Positions 54,698 through 63,452 of a stretch of 64,000 bases of DNA are shown one piece after another. The stretch lies in the NCBI GenBank assembly GCA_963847705.1, contig CAWKBC010000032.1, forward strand, positions 224,001 through 288,000, written 5' to 3'. The notes beneath the pieces are model-generated. The model did not search any database. It saw only the letters and a program-made list of their open reading frames with translations, and was not told the origin of the DNA. A program made the position numbers and the translations under genes. How positions within the stretch are numbered: the first letter of the stretch is position 1; every line of letters begins with the position of its first letter. The stretch comes from an uncultured Pseudomonadota bacterium. Lineage in GTDB: Bacteria > Myxococcota_A > Polyangia > Fen-1088.

Positions 54698-57379
54698 ATG
54701 AGTCTGCAACAGATGCGCACCAATCTCAGGCTCACCAAAGGTCTCGCCTTGCTGGCGATGAGTGGCATGTTCCTGGTTGCCTGCGGCGACGCGTCCCCCG
54801 GAAGCTCGGGCGGCGCCGCCGGCGCCGGCGGTGCCCAGACAGGCGGCGCGGGTGGGTCAGGGACCGGCGGCACGACCGGGACGGGTGGGCTGGCCGGCGG
54901 CTCGGGAGGCGGCAGCGTCGGGACGGGCGGCGGCGGCGGCACGGGCGGGGGCGGCGGCGGCGGCACGGGCGGCGGCGTCGGCACGGGCGGCGGCGTCGGG
55001 TCGGGCGGCGGCGTCGGCACGGGCGGCGTGAGCGGTGCGGCCGGCAGCCAGGCGACCGGCGGCAGCGGCGGCGCGGCCGGGGGCGCGACGGGCGGAGGCA
55101 GCGGTGCTGGCGGTTCGGCGATGGCCGGCGCAGGCGGCGGAACCACGGACGCGGGGGCGGTCGACACCGGAATCGACGTCCCGCCCCCTCCCCCGGCGCC
55201 AGCGACGACCATTCCCACCACCCCGATCGACTTCGGAGCGATCGACTGCGGCGCGGCCGGCGGAACGCTTCCCTTCTCCTTCACCAACACGGGAACCGCC
55301 AGTCTCCATTACCGCGCCGCCATCGATCTGGGCGGCACCTTCTCGCTGCAGGGGGCCGCGGCCGACGGCTCCCTCACCGGCGACGTTGCCCCCGGCTCGA
55401 CCGCACAGCTGACGATCGTGGCCGGGATCATCCCGACGACCAGCGCCGTCGGCGCCGTCCTCACCGGAGCGTTGACGGTGGCGACCAACGCCGCCGGTGC
55501 CGACAACACGCAGATCGCCATCGCCATGACCGCCCAGGGAAGCACCTGCACGCTCACCTGTGGCGCGTTCACCAAGTGTACGCCCAGCAGCGCCTCTCCC
55601 TATTGCGCCAACACGGAGACCGACAACATCAACTGCGGCGCCTGCGGTCACACCTGCGGCACCGGTGAGGTCTGCACCAACGGCAGCTGCGAGCTCACCT
55701 GTGGCGCGCTCACCAAGTGCTCACCGTCGTCCGGCAGCGATTACTGCGCCAACACCACCACCGACAGCAACAACTGCGGTGCCTGCGGCAACGTCTGTGG
55801 CACGGGGCAAGTCTGCAGCGGCGGCGTCTGCACCCTCTCTTGCGGCGCGCTCACCAAGTGCTCGCCGTCGACGGGCGCCCCCTATTGCGCCAACACGCTG
55901 ACCGACAACGCCAACTGCGGCACCTGCGGCAACCCCTGCACCGGCGCCGACGTCTGCTCGAACGGCGTCTGTACGCTCACCTGCGGCGCGCTCACCACCT
56001 GCGCTCCCACCAGCGGCGCCCCCTACTGCGCCAACACGCTGACCGACAACGCCAACTGCGGCACCTGCGGCAATCCCTGCACCGGCGCCGACGTCTGCAC
56101 CAACGGCGTCTGCACCATCGCCTGCGGCGCGCTCTCGACCTGCACGCCGTCGAGCAGCGCCCCCTACTGCGCCAACTTCGCCACCGACAACGCCAACTGC
56201 GGCAGCTGCGGCAACGTCTGCGGCGCCGGCCAGGTCTGCAGCGGCGGCGGCTGCACGCTCACCTGCGGCGCGCTCTCGAAGTGCACCCCCACGAGCGGCA
56301 CCCCCTACTGCGCCAACTTCGCCACCGATACCGCCAACTGCGGCAGCTGCGGCAACGTCTGCGGCGCCGGCCAATCCTGCATGGGCGGCGTCTGCCAGGC
56401 CAACTGCTCGGGGAGCGAGACGGCCTGCGGCGGGTTGTGCACCAACACCTCGTTCGATCCGAGCAACTGCGGCGCCTGCGGCAACGGCTGTGCGTTCGCG
56501 CAGGGCTCCGCGGCCTGCGCCGGTGGGGGGTGCTTCCTCACCGCCTGCAACGCCGGCTACGCCGACTGCAACCACGCCCAGTCGGACGGCTGCGAGACCA
56601 ACACCGACAGCGACGCCGCCAACTGCGGCGCCTGCGGCAAGTCCTGCGCGCTCGGGGAGACCTGCGTCTCGGCCGTCTGCACCGCCAACCTCTCGCAAGG
56701 GCTCATCGGCTACTGGAAGATGGACGACGCCCCGGGCTCGACCAAGGCCGCCGACAGCGGCCCCAACAACCTCCCCGGGTTCGTCCAGGGGAACGTCACC
56801 TTCCTTCCCACGGCCGGCAAGCAAGGCTCGGGCGCGATCTCCCTGGCGGGCAGCGGCTACATCCGCGTCCCCTTCCCCAACAACGCCATCAACCAAGGGA
56901 CCGGCATCGCCATCCCGCAGGGAAACATGACCTTCTCGATGTGGTTCAAGACCAACACCACGGGCCCGGGCGGCTTGCAGGTCGTGGAGGGGAACGCAGC
57001 CTGGGGCTCGGGCTACGATCGCGTGGTGGGCAGCGGAACCGGCTCGACGTTGCAGTACAACGCTTGGCACGAGGTCAACATGACAGGGGTCGTGACCGTC
57101 AACGACGGCAACTGGCACCTCATGACCTACGTCCTCGACGAGTCGAACGGCTTCCTGACCTATATCGACGGCAGCCCCGACGCCAGCTCTTCGACGCTGA
57201 CCGACAATTGCGGCGAAGGGTGCAGCGGCTTCAACTGGGCCGCGGAGTACTGGATCGGCACCGGTGCCGACGGCCGTTTCAGCGCCGGCAACTTCAGTGG
57301 CCTCATCGACGACGTGCGCATGTACAACCACGTCCTTTCGCCGGCCGCGGTGATGCAGCTCTACAACGCCACCAAGTAG
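54698..57379 (+). CDS. Lipoprotein with Gly-rich linker, Ig-like domain, about eight Cys-rich (D..NCG.CG) repeats and a C-terminal LamG domain
   Basis: LVAC lipobox; six repeats at a 120-bp period; GLIGYWKMDD...GLIDDVRMYNHVLS. Confidence 0.85.
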   Translation: MSLQQMRTNLRLTKGLALLAMSGMFLVACGDASPGSSGGAAGAGGAQTGGAGGSGTGGTTGTGGLAGGSGGGSVGTGGGGGTGGGGGGGTGGGVGTGGGVGSGGGVGTGGVSGAAGSQATGGSGGAAGGATGGGSGAGGSAMAGAGGGTTDAGAVDTGIDVPPPPPAPATTIPTTPIDFGAIDCGAAGGTLPFSFTNTGTASLHYRAAIDLGGTFSLQGAAADGSLTGDVAPGSTAQLTIVAGIIPTTSAVGAVLTGALTVATNAAGADNTQIAIAMTAQGSTCTLTCGAFTKCTPSSASPYCANTETDNINCGACGHTCGTGEVCTNGSCELTCGALTKCSPSSGSDYCANTTTDSNNCGACGNVCGTGQVCSGGVCTLSCGALTKCSPSTGAPYCANTLTDNANCGTCGNPCTGADVCSNGVCTLTCGALTTCAPTSGAPYCANTLTDNANCGTCGNPCTGADVCTNGVCTIACGALSTCTPSSSAPYCANFATDNANCGSCGNVCGAGQVCSGGGCTLTCGALSKCTPTSGTPYCANFATDTANCGSCGNVCGAGQSCMGGVCQANCSGSETACGGLCTNTSFDPSNCGACGNGCAFAQGSAACAGGGCFLTACNAGYADCNHAQSDGCETNTDSDAANCGACGKSCALGETCVSAVCTANLSQGLIGYWKMDDAPGSTKAADSGPNNLPGFVQGNVTFLPTAGKQGSGAISLAGSGYIRVPFPNNAINQGTGIAIPQGNMTFSMWFKTNTTGPGGLQVVEGNAAWGSGYDRVVGSGTGSTLQYNAWHEVNMTGVVTVNDGNWHLMTYVLDESNGFLTYIDGSPDASSSTLTDNCGEGCSGFNWAAEYWIGTGADGRFSAGNFSGLIDDVRMYNHVLSPAAVMQLYNATK

Positions 57380-57503
57380 CCTCGAGGCGGAACAGCGCGC
57401 CTGTGCCAGCGGCGAAGCTGACAGTCCAGCTCTCTTCGCGCGCGCCCGGAGGGTCGTGTCCCTCGTCATAGGTGTGGGCGCCGCCTTGGACTAGTCTCAG
57501 GCG

Positions 57504-58064
57504 ATGAGATTACCTGCCGCTTTCGTTGCGTCGCTCGTCCTGGCCGTCACAGCTTGTGGCGGTTCATCGGGAGGTGGGAGCGCGACCGATGGTGGCAAGG
57601 ATCGCGCGGGCAACACGGGCGGTAGCTCCGGCGGCGGCCAACCAGGCCAGGGAGGCATTGCCGGCGCCGCGGGAAACTCCGGTCGCGGAGGAGCCGCGGG
57701 CGCCGCCGGCGGCAACGCGGGGCTGGGCGGAGCGGCTGGCGCAAGCGCCGGTGGTGCGGCCGGATCCGCCAACCTCGACGGTGGCGCGGCCGGCGCGGGC
57801 GGAGGCGCCGGGCAAGGTGGCGCCGGGCGCGACGGCGGCGCCGACGCGCGGGCAGACGGCGGCAACTGCCCCAGCCAGAATCCCGACCCCTGCCTCTGCG
57901 GACGCCCCGACGCGAACCCGGTCTCGGCGTCCGACTGCACGCGCGAGAAGGCCTGTCGCGCGGCCGGAGGCATCTGGGAGCCATACGTCGTCTACCTGGC
58001 CGAGGGCGGAGTGTACGGACCGCGCTGCCAGTCCGTCGACGGCGCCGCCTTCGACGCCCCCTGA
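57504..58064 (+). CDS. Small lipoprotein with Gly-rich linker and a Cys-rich C-domain
   Basis: VTAC lipobox; TAGTCT-6nt-ATG. Confidence 0.7.
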   Translation: MRLPAAFVASLVLAVTACGGSSGGGSATDGGKDRAGNTGGSSGGGQPGQGGIAGAAGNSGRGGAAGAAGGNAGLGGAAGASAGGAAGSANLDGGAAGAGGGAGQGGAGRDGGADARADGGNCPSQNPDPCLCGRPDANPVSASDCTREKACRAAGGIWEPYVVYLAEGGVYGPRCQSVDGAAFDAP

Positions 58065-58117
58065 GCCCGCGCTCGCCACTGCCAAACCGGACCTGACCGA
58101 GAGCCTCTCGATTTTAA

Positions 58118-58439
58118 CGAGCGAGAGCTCCGCGTGGCTTGGCCACGCGGAGCGGAGGGGGACCGGGCAGAGCGAGCACAGCGTGACGGACGGGGATGCG
58201 AGCGCAGCGTGGCGGACGGGAGAGCGAGCGCAGCGTGGCGGACGCGAGAGCGAGCGCAGCGTGGCGGACGCGAGAGCGAGCGCAGCGTGGCTCTGCCACG
58301 CGGAGCGAGGGGGGACCGGGGGGTGCGAGCGGCAGCGAGCCGCCCCCCGTAAAATCAAAGGGGTGCGAGCGGCAGCGAGCCGCCCCCCGTAAAATCAAAG
58401 GGGTGCGAGCGGCAGCGAGCCACCCCCCGTAAAATCAAA
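58118..58439. repeat. Composite intergenic REP-like element: 11-bp hairpin, 26-bp unit x3.5, 40-bp unit x3
   Basis: CTCCGCGTGGC-ttg-GCCACGCGGAG near 58128; GCGAGCGCAGCGTGGCGGACGCGAGA at 58198-58291; GGGGTGCGAGCGGCAGCGAGCCGCCCCCCGTAAAATCAAA at 58320-58439. Confidence 0.85.
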
Positions 58440-59052
58440 GCACGAAGTTGACCAGCAGCTTCTCCTCGCCGCGCAGAAGCTCGGTCGGGAACCGCCACTT
58501 CTTGAGATGACTGCTGTAACAGTGGCGGACGTCTCGGGCCGCACCGTCGGCGCCCAGGATCTGCACCAGCTCGACGGCGCCGTTGGCGCCAATCTCGAAG
58601 GCGGCGCCGAGCTCGAGCGGTGGGCCGCGATCGGGATCGTCGAGGCACTCGCGCAGCTCGGGTGCCCGCTCGGCGGCGAAGGCGCGCAACGCCTTCGTGC
58701 GCTCCCCCTCTTCGAGCGGCTTCCCGGCGGGCAGCGGCGTGAGCGCCGCAAGGGCGGCGCGCCCCACCTTGCCATGCCGCGCGACGTGCGACGCGCCGAT
58801 GGCGCCGCCGCCGCCGCTCGCCGCCGGCGGCGCGACGCAGGCGACCGTGGGGGGACAGACGGCGGGCGGCGTGGTGACCGCGGGAACCGCGCGCCTCAGA
58901 GCCAGCAGGTAGCCGGCGCCGCCGCCGGCTGCGAGCAGCAGGAGGGCCAGCGCCGCCAGCGCCGGCCCGCGCGGTCGACCGCCCCCGCGCCGGCCCGGCG
59001 CGCCGCCGCCGGAATGGCGCAACCAGGCGGGGAGATCGGCGGAGGGTGCCAT
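58435..59052 (-). CDS. Single-TM protein with a C-terminal AgmX/PglI (TonB-C-like) domain
   Basis: TM ALAALALLLLAAGGGAGYLL; ELRECL...AFEIGANGAVELV...VRHC....KKWRFP. Confidence 0.6.
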   Translation of the reverse strand: MAPSADLPAWLRHSGGGAPGRRGGGRPRGPALAALALLLLAAGGGAGYLLALRRAVPAVTTPPAVCPPTVACVAPPAASGGGGAIGASHVARHGKVGRAALAALTPLPAGKPLEEGERTKALRAFAAERAPELRECLDDPDRGPPLELGAAFEIGANGAVELVQILGADGAARDVRHCYSSHLKKWRFPTELLRGEEKLLVNFVL

Positions 59053-59072
59053 GGCGTGTCTGCGTCGATCGC

Positions 59073-60152
59073 TCAGTGGCTCGTCGCCAGCGTGGCGACG
59101 CTGCTGCCGAGCTGCTGGATGGCGGCGGCCGGCATCGAACCGATGAGCTGGCAGAAATCGGCGCTCTGCCCGGTGCCGGGATTGGCGGCGTTGAGCGCCG
59201 CCATGAGTGGCGTGAAGTAGAGGTTCGGCGACGGGCCGATGTCGTCGAGCACGTTGAGCGGGAACCCCGTCACCGCTTTGCACTTGGCCTCGAAGTCGGT
59301 CTGGCTCTGCCCTTCGGCGGTGGCGATCGCCACCTGCACCACCTGCGACGGCGAGATGCTGGTGCCGCTCGAGAACGAGAGCCAGGTGACGCCGCCGGAG
59401 GCGTCGGTGTCGAGGAAGATGTCCGTGGGCGAGCGGCCGTTGACGTTGCAAGCGTCGCTCGGCAGCGCGCAGCGCCGGGCGACCGGCTGCAGGTAGACGA
59501 CGATGAACAGATCGCGGGGGCTGTCGAAGAAGGCGCTGCGATCGATCCCACCCTGCCCCGCCGGCAGCGCGGCCGAGTCGAGGCCCTGCCCGAAGCCGAT
59601 CAGGTTTTTCGCCTCGCAGGACTGGCCGTCGCCGTCGAAGTTCCCCGATCCGGCCAGGATCTGCAGCGCCAGCGGCAGGTCGGCGTCGTCGATGTTCGCC
59701 AGCGTCGGCGCGATGATCGGCAGCAGGCTCTGGTAGTTGCTGAGCCCCGCGTCTGCCCCCAGGAGGCCCAGCAGCGCCAGCGCAGGGGGGAGCGACTGGC
59801 TGGAGCTCGAGCCCTGGCGGCCGAGCAGCAGCCGCGGCCCGAACTCGTCACCGTAGGTCGAGATGAGCCCCATGTTCGCGATCGAGAGCCCCCGCGAGCC
59901 CAGGTAGTTCATGAAGCCGGTCATGATCCCGGCGTACTGGTTGGAGAGGTTCACCGAGGTTCGCGCGAGGTTGGCGACGAAGAGGATGCTCGCCGTCAAG
60001 GGAGGTGGCTGCGGCAGCGCGTCGGGGCGGACGGGAAACGGGACCGGGATGTAGATCTTCTTGGTCATCCCGCCGTCGGGGCTGGCGGGCGTGATGATCG
60101 TGCAACCGGCCCCCGCCAGCACCAGAATCAAGAGGAGCGATCGGGTCTTCAT
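59073..60152 (-). CDS. Lipoprotein with a degenerate vWA-like fold
   Basis: GAGC lipobox; SILFVANL...F..YL....MGLIST resembles the vWA beta1-alpha1-beta2 region without a MIDAS; ATGA overlap with the upstream gene. Confidence 0.6.
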   Translation of the reverse strand: MKTRSLLLILVLAGAGCTIITPASPDGGMTKKIYIPVPFPVRPDALPQPPPLTASILFVANLARTSVNLSNQYAGIMTGFMNYLGSRGLSIANMGLISTYGDEFGPRLLLGRQGSSSSQSLPPALALLGLLGADAGLSNYQSLLPIIAPTLANIDDADLPLALQILAGSGNFDGDGQSCEAKNLIGFGQGLDSAALPAGQGGIDRSAFFDSPRDLFIVVYLQPVARRCALPSDACNVNGRSPTDIFLDTDASGGVTWLSFSSGTSISPSQVVQVAIATAEGQSQTDFEAKCKAVTGFPLNVLDDIGPSPNLYFTPLMAALNAANPGTGQSADFCQLIGSMPAAAIQQLGSSVATLATSH

Positions 60153-61957
60153 AGTGCCACCATCTTTCCCTTGTCCTTCGCCGTCGCGGAGCCACTGCCG
60201 GACTTTCCACTCTCGGCGTGCGACGTTTGGGGCGCCTGCAGGCCACGGGCGCGCAGCGTCTGTCGCAGCGCCGCGTAGAGCGCGCGGCGGGCCTCGGCCG
60301 TCTCGCGCGGCGTCGGCGTGACGACCAGCGAGAGATCCTCCTCCAGCGCCGCGGCCACCGTCCGTGGCAGCGTGGAGAGCGTGCGCGAGGCGACCGTCGC
60401 CGAAGCGGTGCGCAGAAAGCGCGCCAGGATCTCCGTCGGGACCCCCACCACCGTGGCCCCGAGCACCTCCTCGGAGACCAGCTCGAACGACTGCTCGGTG
60501 ATGAGCGCGGCCTCGATCGCGCGCGCCTTGACCGGATCGGCGCGCCGCATGGCGTCCAGGATCTCGGCCTGCTCGTCCATCGGCCGCTCCTCGACCAGCT
60601 CCACCGCCAGATCGATGTCGCCGGTCTGGCCCGAGTCGAGGTGGGCCTGTTCGATGGCCCGCGCCCGCAACGTGGCCGCCACGTCGAGCAGGTGCTCCTT
60701 CGAGAGCGACTTGGGAGAGGCGATGGCCGCCGCCAGCGCCGCGCGCTCGCCGGTGGAGCGCGACTCGAGATAGGTCGAACGCAGATGGGCGGGCGCGTAG
60801 CGCAGCGCCGCCGCCCGCACGCTGGGCGGCTCGGGGTCGAGCACCGCGGCCAGCCGCGCCGGCGACACGCCGAGCAGAAACGCGAACTCCTGCTCGACCG
60901 GATCGTCGGCGCCGACCATCCGGTGTTTGAGGATGCGCCGGTGCAGCTGGTCGACGATCTCGCGCGTGTCCGAGCGGGGCCGTCCGTCGACGAGCAGCGC
61001 AGCGGCCTCGCGCAACGCCGAGGCGCAGGCCGGATCGCCGCGGAGATCCTCCACCACGCCGGGGCCGATGAGCTCGACGGCGACGGCGACCTTTTCGATC
61101 TGGTTCTCGCGCAGGAGCTCCCCCATCACGCGCCGGGCCAGCACCCGATCCTCGCGCAGGGCGCGCCGCACCTCGGGGAGATGATCGACCGCCGCCGGCA
61201 GCGCGCCGGCACCGGAGGCCTCGCCGCGCCGATCGGGGGCGGTCCCCTGCTGGATGTTGCGCCGGGCGCGCCGGTCGGCGAGCGCGCTCAGCAGCGCAAA
61301 GCCGAGCGCCCCGATGAGCAGGCCCAGGACGCCGAGCGCGATGGCCACCACCCAGGGGATTCCATGCGTCCCGTTGTCGACGGCCGGCGCGGGCGGCGGC
61401 GGGGGGATCGGGTACGGCTGCGGCGCCGGCTGCTCCCGCTCACGCTGCGGCGCCGGCTGGGGCGGGGGCGGATAGGCGTAGGGAGACATCTCACGCTGTT
61501 GCGGCTGAGGCCGCGGCGTCGGAAAGGCGATCACGCTCTCGGTGATCTCGACGGGAACGTCGAGCATGTCGAGCTTGCTCTTGAGGAGGTTCTTGAGGTC
61601 CTTGCGAAACTGGGCGGGGAGCTTGGCGTCGAGCGTCACCGCCACCTCGACCCGCTCCGCCACGAACTCGGTCCCGGGCGTCAGCTCCTCGAAGCCGGGC
61701 GCCGCGCCGGCCGGCAGCGCCGTGGGGCGATTGACCCGGACGTCGACGTACTTGAGCTCGGCCTGGCCGGGCGCCATCTCCTCCAGCACCGGGGCGATGC
61801 GCCGCGTGACCTCATCGCGCACGTTCGCTTCCAGCAGCTGCGCGTCGTTGCCGAACGGTGGTCGCCGCTCCGCGCGCGCGGAGCCCGCCGCCAACAGGGT
61901 CGCCAGCGCCACCGCGGCCGCCCCCATCCCGGTTCTCATATGAATGATGCGCTTCAT
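60149..61957 (-). CDS. FliF-like (RBM3 + TM + C-tail)-FliG fusion protein (putative rotor)
   Basis: Signal peptide; RRIAPVLEE...ERVEVAVTLD...LKNLL; TM; REDRVLARRVM; EKVAVAVELIG (FliG-N); FAFL...EPPSV (FliG-M); DPVKARAIE...LPRTVAAALEEDL (FliG-C). Confidence 0.7.
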   Translation of the reverse strand: MKRIIHMRTGMGAAAVALATLLAAGSARAERRPPFGNDAQLLEANVRDEVTRRIAPVLEEMAPGQAELKYVDVRVNRPTALPAGAAPGFEELTPGTEFVAERVEVAVTLDAKLPAQFRKDLKNLLKSKLDMLDVPVEITESVIAFPTPRPQPQQREMSPYAYPPPPQPAPQREREQPAPQPYPIPPPPPAPAVDNGTHGIPWVVAIALGVLGLLIGALGFALLSALADRRARRNIQQGTAPDRRGEASGAGALPAAVDHLPEVRRALREDRVLARRVMGELLRENQIEKVAVAVELIGPGVVEDLRGDPACASALREAAALLVDGRPRSDTREIVDQLHRRILKHRMVGADDPVEQEFAFLLGVSPARLAAVLDPEPPSVRAAALRYAPAHLRSTYLESRSTGERAALAAAIASPKSLSKEHLLDVAATLRARAIEQAHLDSGQTGDIDLAVELVEERPMDEQAEILDAMRRADPVKARAIEAALITEQSFELVSEEVLGATVVGVPTEILARFLRTASATVASRTLSTLPRTVAAALEEDLSLVVTPTPRETAEARRALYAALRQTLRARGLQAPQTSHAESGKSGSGSATAKDKGKMVAL

Positions 61958-61971
61958 GAAACCACTCCCAG

Positions 61972-62685
61972 CTAGTGGACCCTAATCACGACCCTGCGAT
62001 TTTCGCTGCGGGCGCGCGTCTGCGCGGAGGCATCGCCCTGCACGGGCGTGGCCGGCCGCGTGTCGGCGTATCCCTGGGCGGAGAGTCGCTGCGGACTGAC
62101 CCCCGCCGCGGTGAAGGACTTGAGCACGTTGATCGCCCGCGCCGAGGAGAGCTCCCAGTTCGAGTCGAACCGGCCCGTGTGGATCGGGACATCGTCGGTG
62201 TGCCCCTCGATGGCGATCTGGTAGCGGTTGTCGATGGTGGGGAGCAGCTTCCCCACCCGATCGATCGCCGCGCGCCCGGTCGGCGTGATGTCGGCCTGGC
62301 CGCTGTCGAACAGCAGCGCATTCTTCAGCTCCATGCGCAGCCCCTCGTCGTCGACGACGGTCTTCACCTGCTGGGTCAGCCCCTGCGCCGCGATCACCGC
62401 GTCGATCTTCTCCTTCAGCACGTCGAGCGAGGGCGGCGGTGCCTGATGCGAGATCGCCGCGGAGACCATCTCGAACTTGCGCAGGTTCACCTTCGACATG
62501 GCCAGCGCCAGGATCAGAAACGCCAGCAACAGGCTGACCACGTCGACGTAGGGGATGAGCCAGGAGGTGTCGTCCTCCTCGCCGTAGGCCAGCAGATCGC
62601 TGGCATCGGGGCCCCGGCTGGGGCTGGCCTTGGCGGAGCGCTTGGCGCCGCCGCCGGGCCCGCCGCCGGTCTCGAGGCCGATCAC
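61972..62685 (-). CDS. motB: MotB family stator protein (TM with conserved Asp, plug, OmpA-like PG-binding domain)
   Basis: WLIPYVD..SLLLAF; LLFDSG; IEGHTD; NWELSSARA; GYADTRP; NRRV; GTGA overlap with the motA stop. Confidence 0.9.
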   Translation of the reverse strand: MIGLETGGGPGGGAKRSAKASPSRGPDASDLLAYGEEDDTSWLIPYVDVVSLLLAFLILALAMSKVNLRKFEMVSAAISHQAPPPSLDVLKEKIDAVIAAQGLTQQVKTVVDDEGLRMELKNALLFDSGQADITPTGRAAIDRVGKLLPTIDNRYQIAIEGHTDDVPIHTGRFDSNWELSSARAINVLKSFTAAGVSPQRLSAQGYADTRPATPVQGDASAQTRARSENRRVVIRVH

Positions 62686-63443
62686 GCGGCCTCCGCGGCG
62701 GAGGGGGCACCGCCGCCCGCGCCGGCCAAGAGGCGCAGGTCGTAGAGCGACCGCCCCTCGGCGATGCTGGTGAGCCCGCGCTCGAGCAGGCGCGCCGACA
62801 CCGAGAGGTTGCGTCCGTAGTTCTCGATCCGCTTGGCGAACGGCGACCAGATCGCATACGCCAGGATGAGGCCGTAGAACGTCGCCAGCTGCGCCACCGC
62901 CATCGCCGGGCCCAGCTGCTCGAAGTTCTTCAGGTTGATGAGCATGTTCACGAGGCCAACGATGGTCCCCATCAGGCCGACGGCCGGCGTGGTGCGGGCC
63001 AGAAAGCGGAACACCTCCTCCGCCTCTTTGACCTGCGACAGGCGCGCGTACGACAGCGTCAGCACGGTCTCGCGCGCATCGGCGCCGCCGCCCGGCTGGA
63101 GCAACAACGGACCGACCTCGCGCAGCAGCGGATCCTCGGCCTCGGCGAGCACCTTGGAGGCCTCGACCGTTCGCCCCTGCTTGAGCTCGCGGCCGAACCG
63201 ATAGAGATCGGCGATCATGCGCGACTCGGCCCGCCGCGCGTTGTAGCGCAGCGCCTGGGCCAGGGTCACCACGCCGCGCCAGATCTCGCGCACGTCGTGC
63301 CCCACCAGCAGGATCGACGGCGGCGCCCCCAGCAAGAGGATGAGCGCGGCCGGGTGAAAGAAGCCGGTGAACCCGTTCGGCATGTGGCTGCGCGTGGAGA
63401 CCAGCGTCGCCCACAATCCCGCCAGCCCGATGATGATGTGCAT
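62682..63443 (-). CDS. motA: MotA family stator protein
   Basis: PAALILLLG; DPLL; PAVGLMGTIVGLVNML..L; LGPAMAVA..ATFYG; PFAKRI. Confidence 0.88.
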   Translation of the reverse strand: MHIIIGLAGLWATLVSTRSHMPNGFTGFFHPAALILLLGAPPSILLVGHDVREIWRGVVTLAQALRYNARRAESRMIADLYRFGRELKQGRTVEASKVLAEAEDPLLREVGPLLLQPGGGADARETVLTLSYARLSQVKEAEEVFRFLARTTPAVGLMGTIVGLVNMLINLKNFEQLGPAMAVAQLATFYGLILAYAIWSPFAKRIENYGRNLSVSARLLERGLTSIAEGRSLYDLRLLAGAGGGAPSAAEAA

Positions 63444-63452
63444 CTTCCCTTT

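Noticed and set aside
58198-58439. Possible CRISPR array
   Set aside because: The 26-bp and 40-bp units are head-to-tail with no spacers
61972-63443. Zorya (ZorAB) anti-phage system or TolQR/ExbBD/AglRQS motor
   Set aside because: The MotA homolog is 253 aa with no long ZorA tail and no ZorC/D/E is visible. The B subunit has the flagellar-type W...Y.D motif and an OmpA-like domain rather than an ExbD/TolR domain, and a FliG-like partner is adjacent
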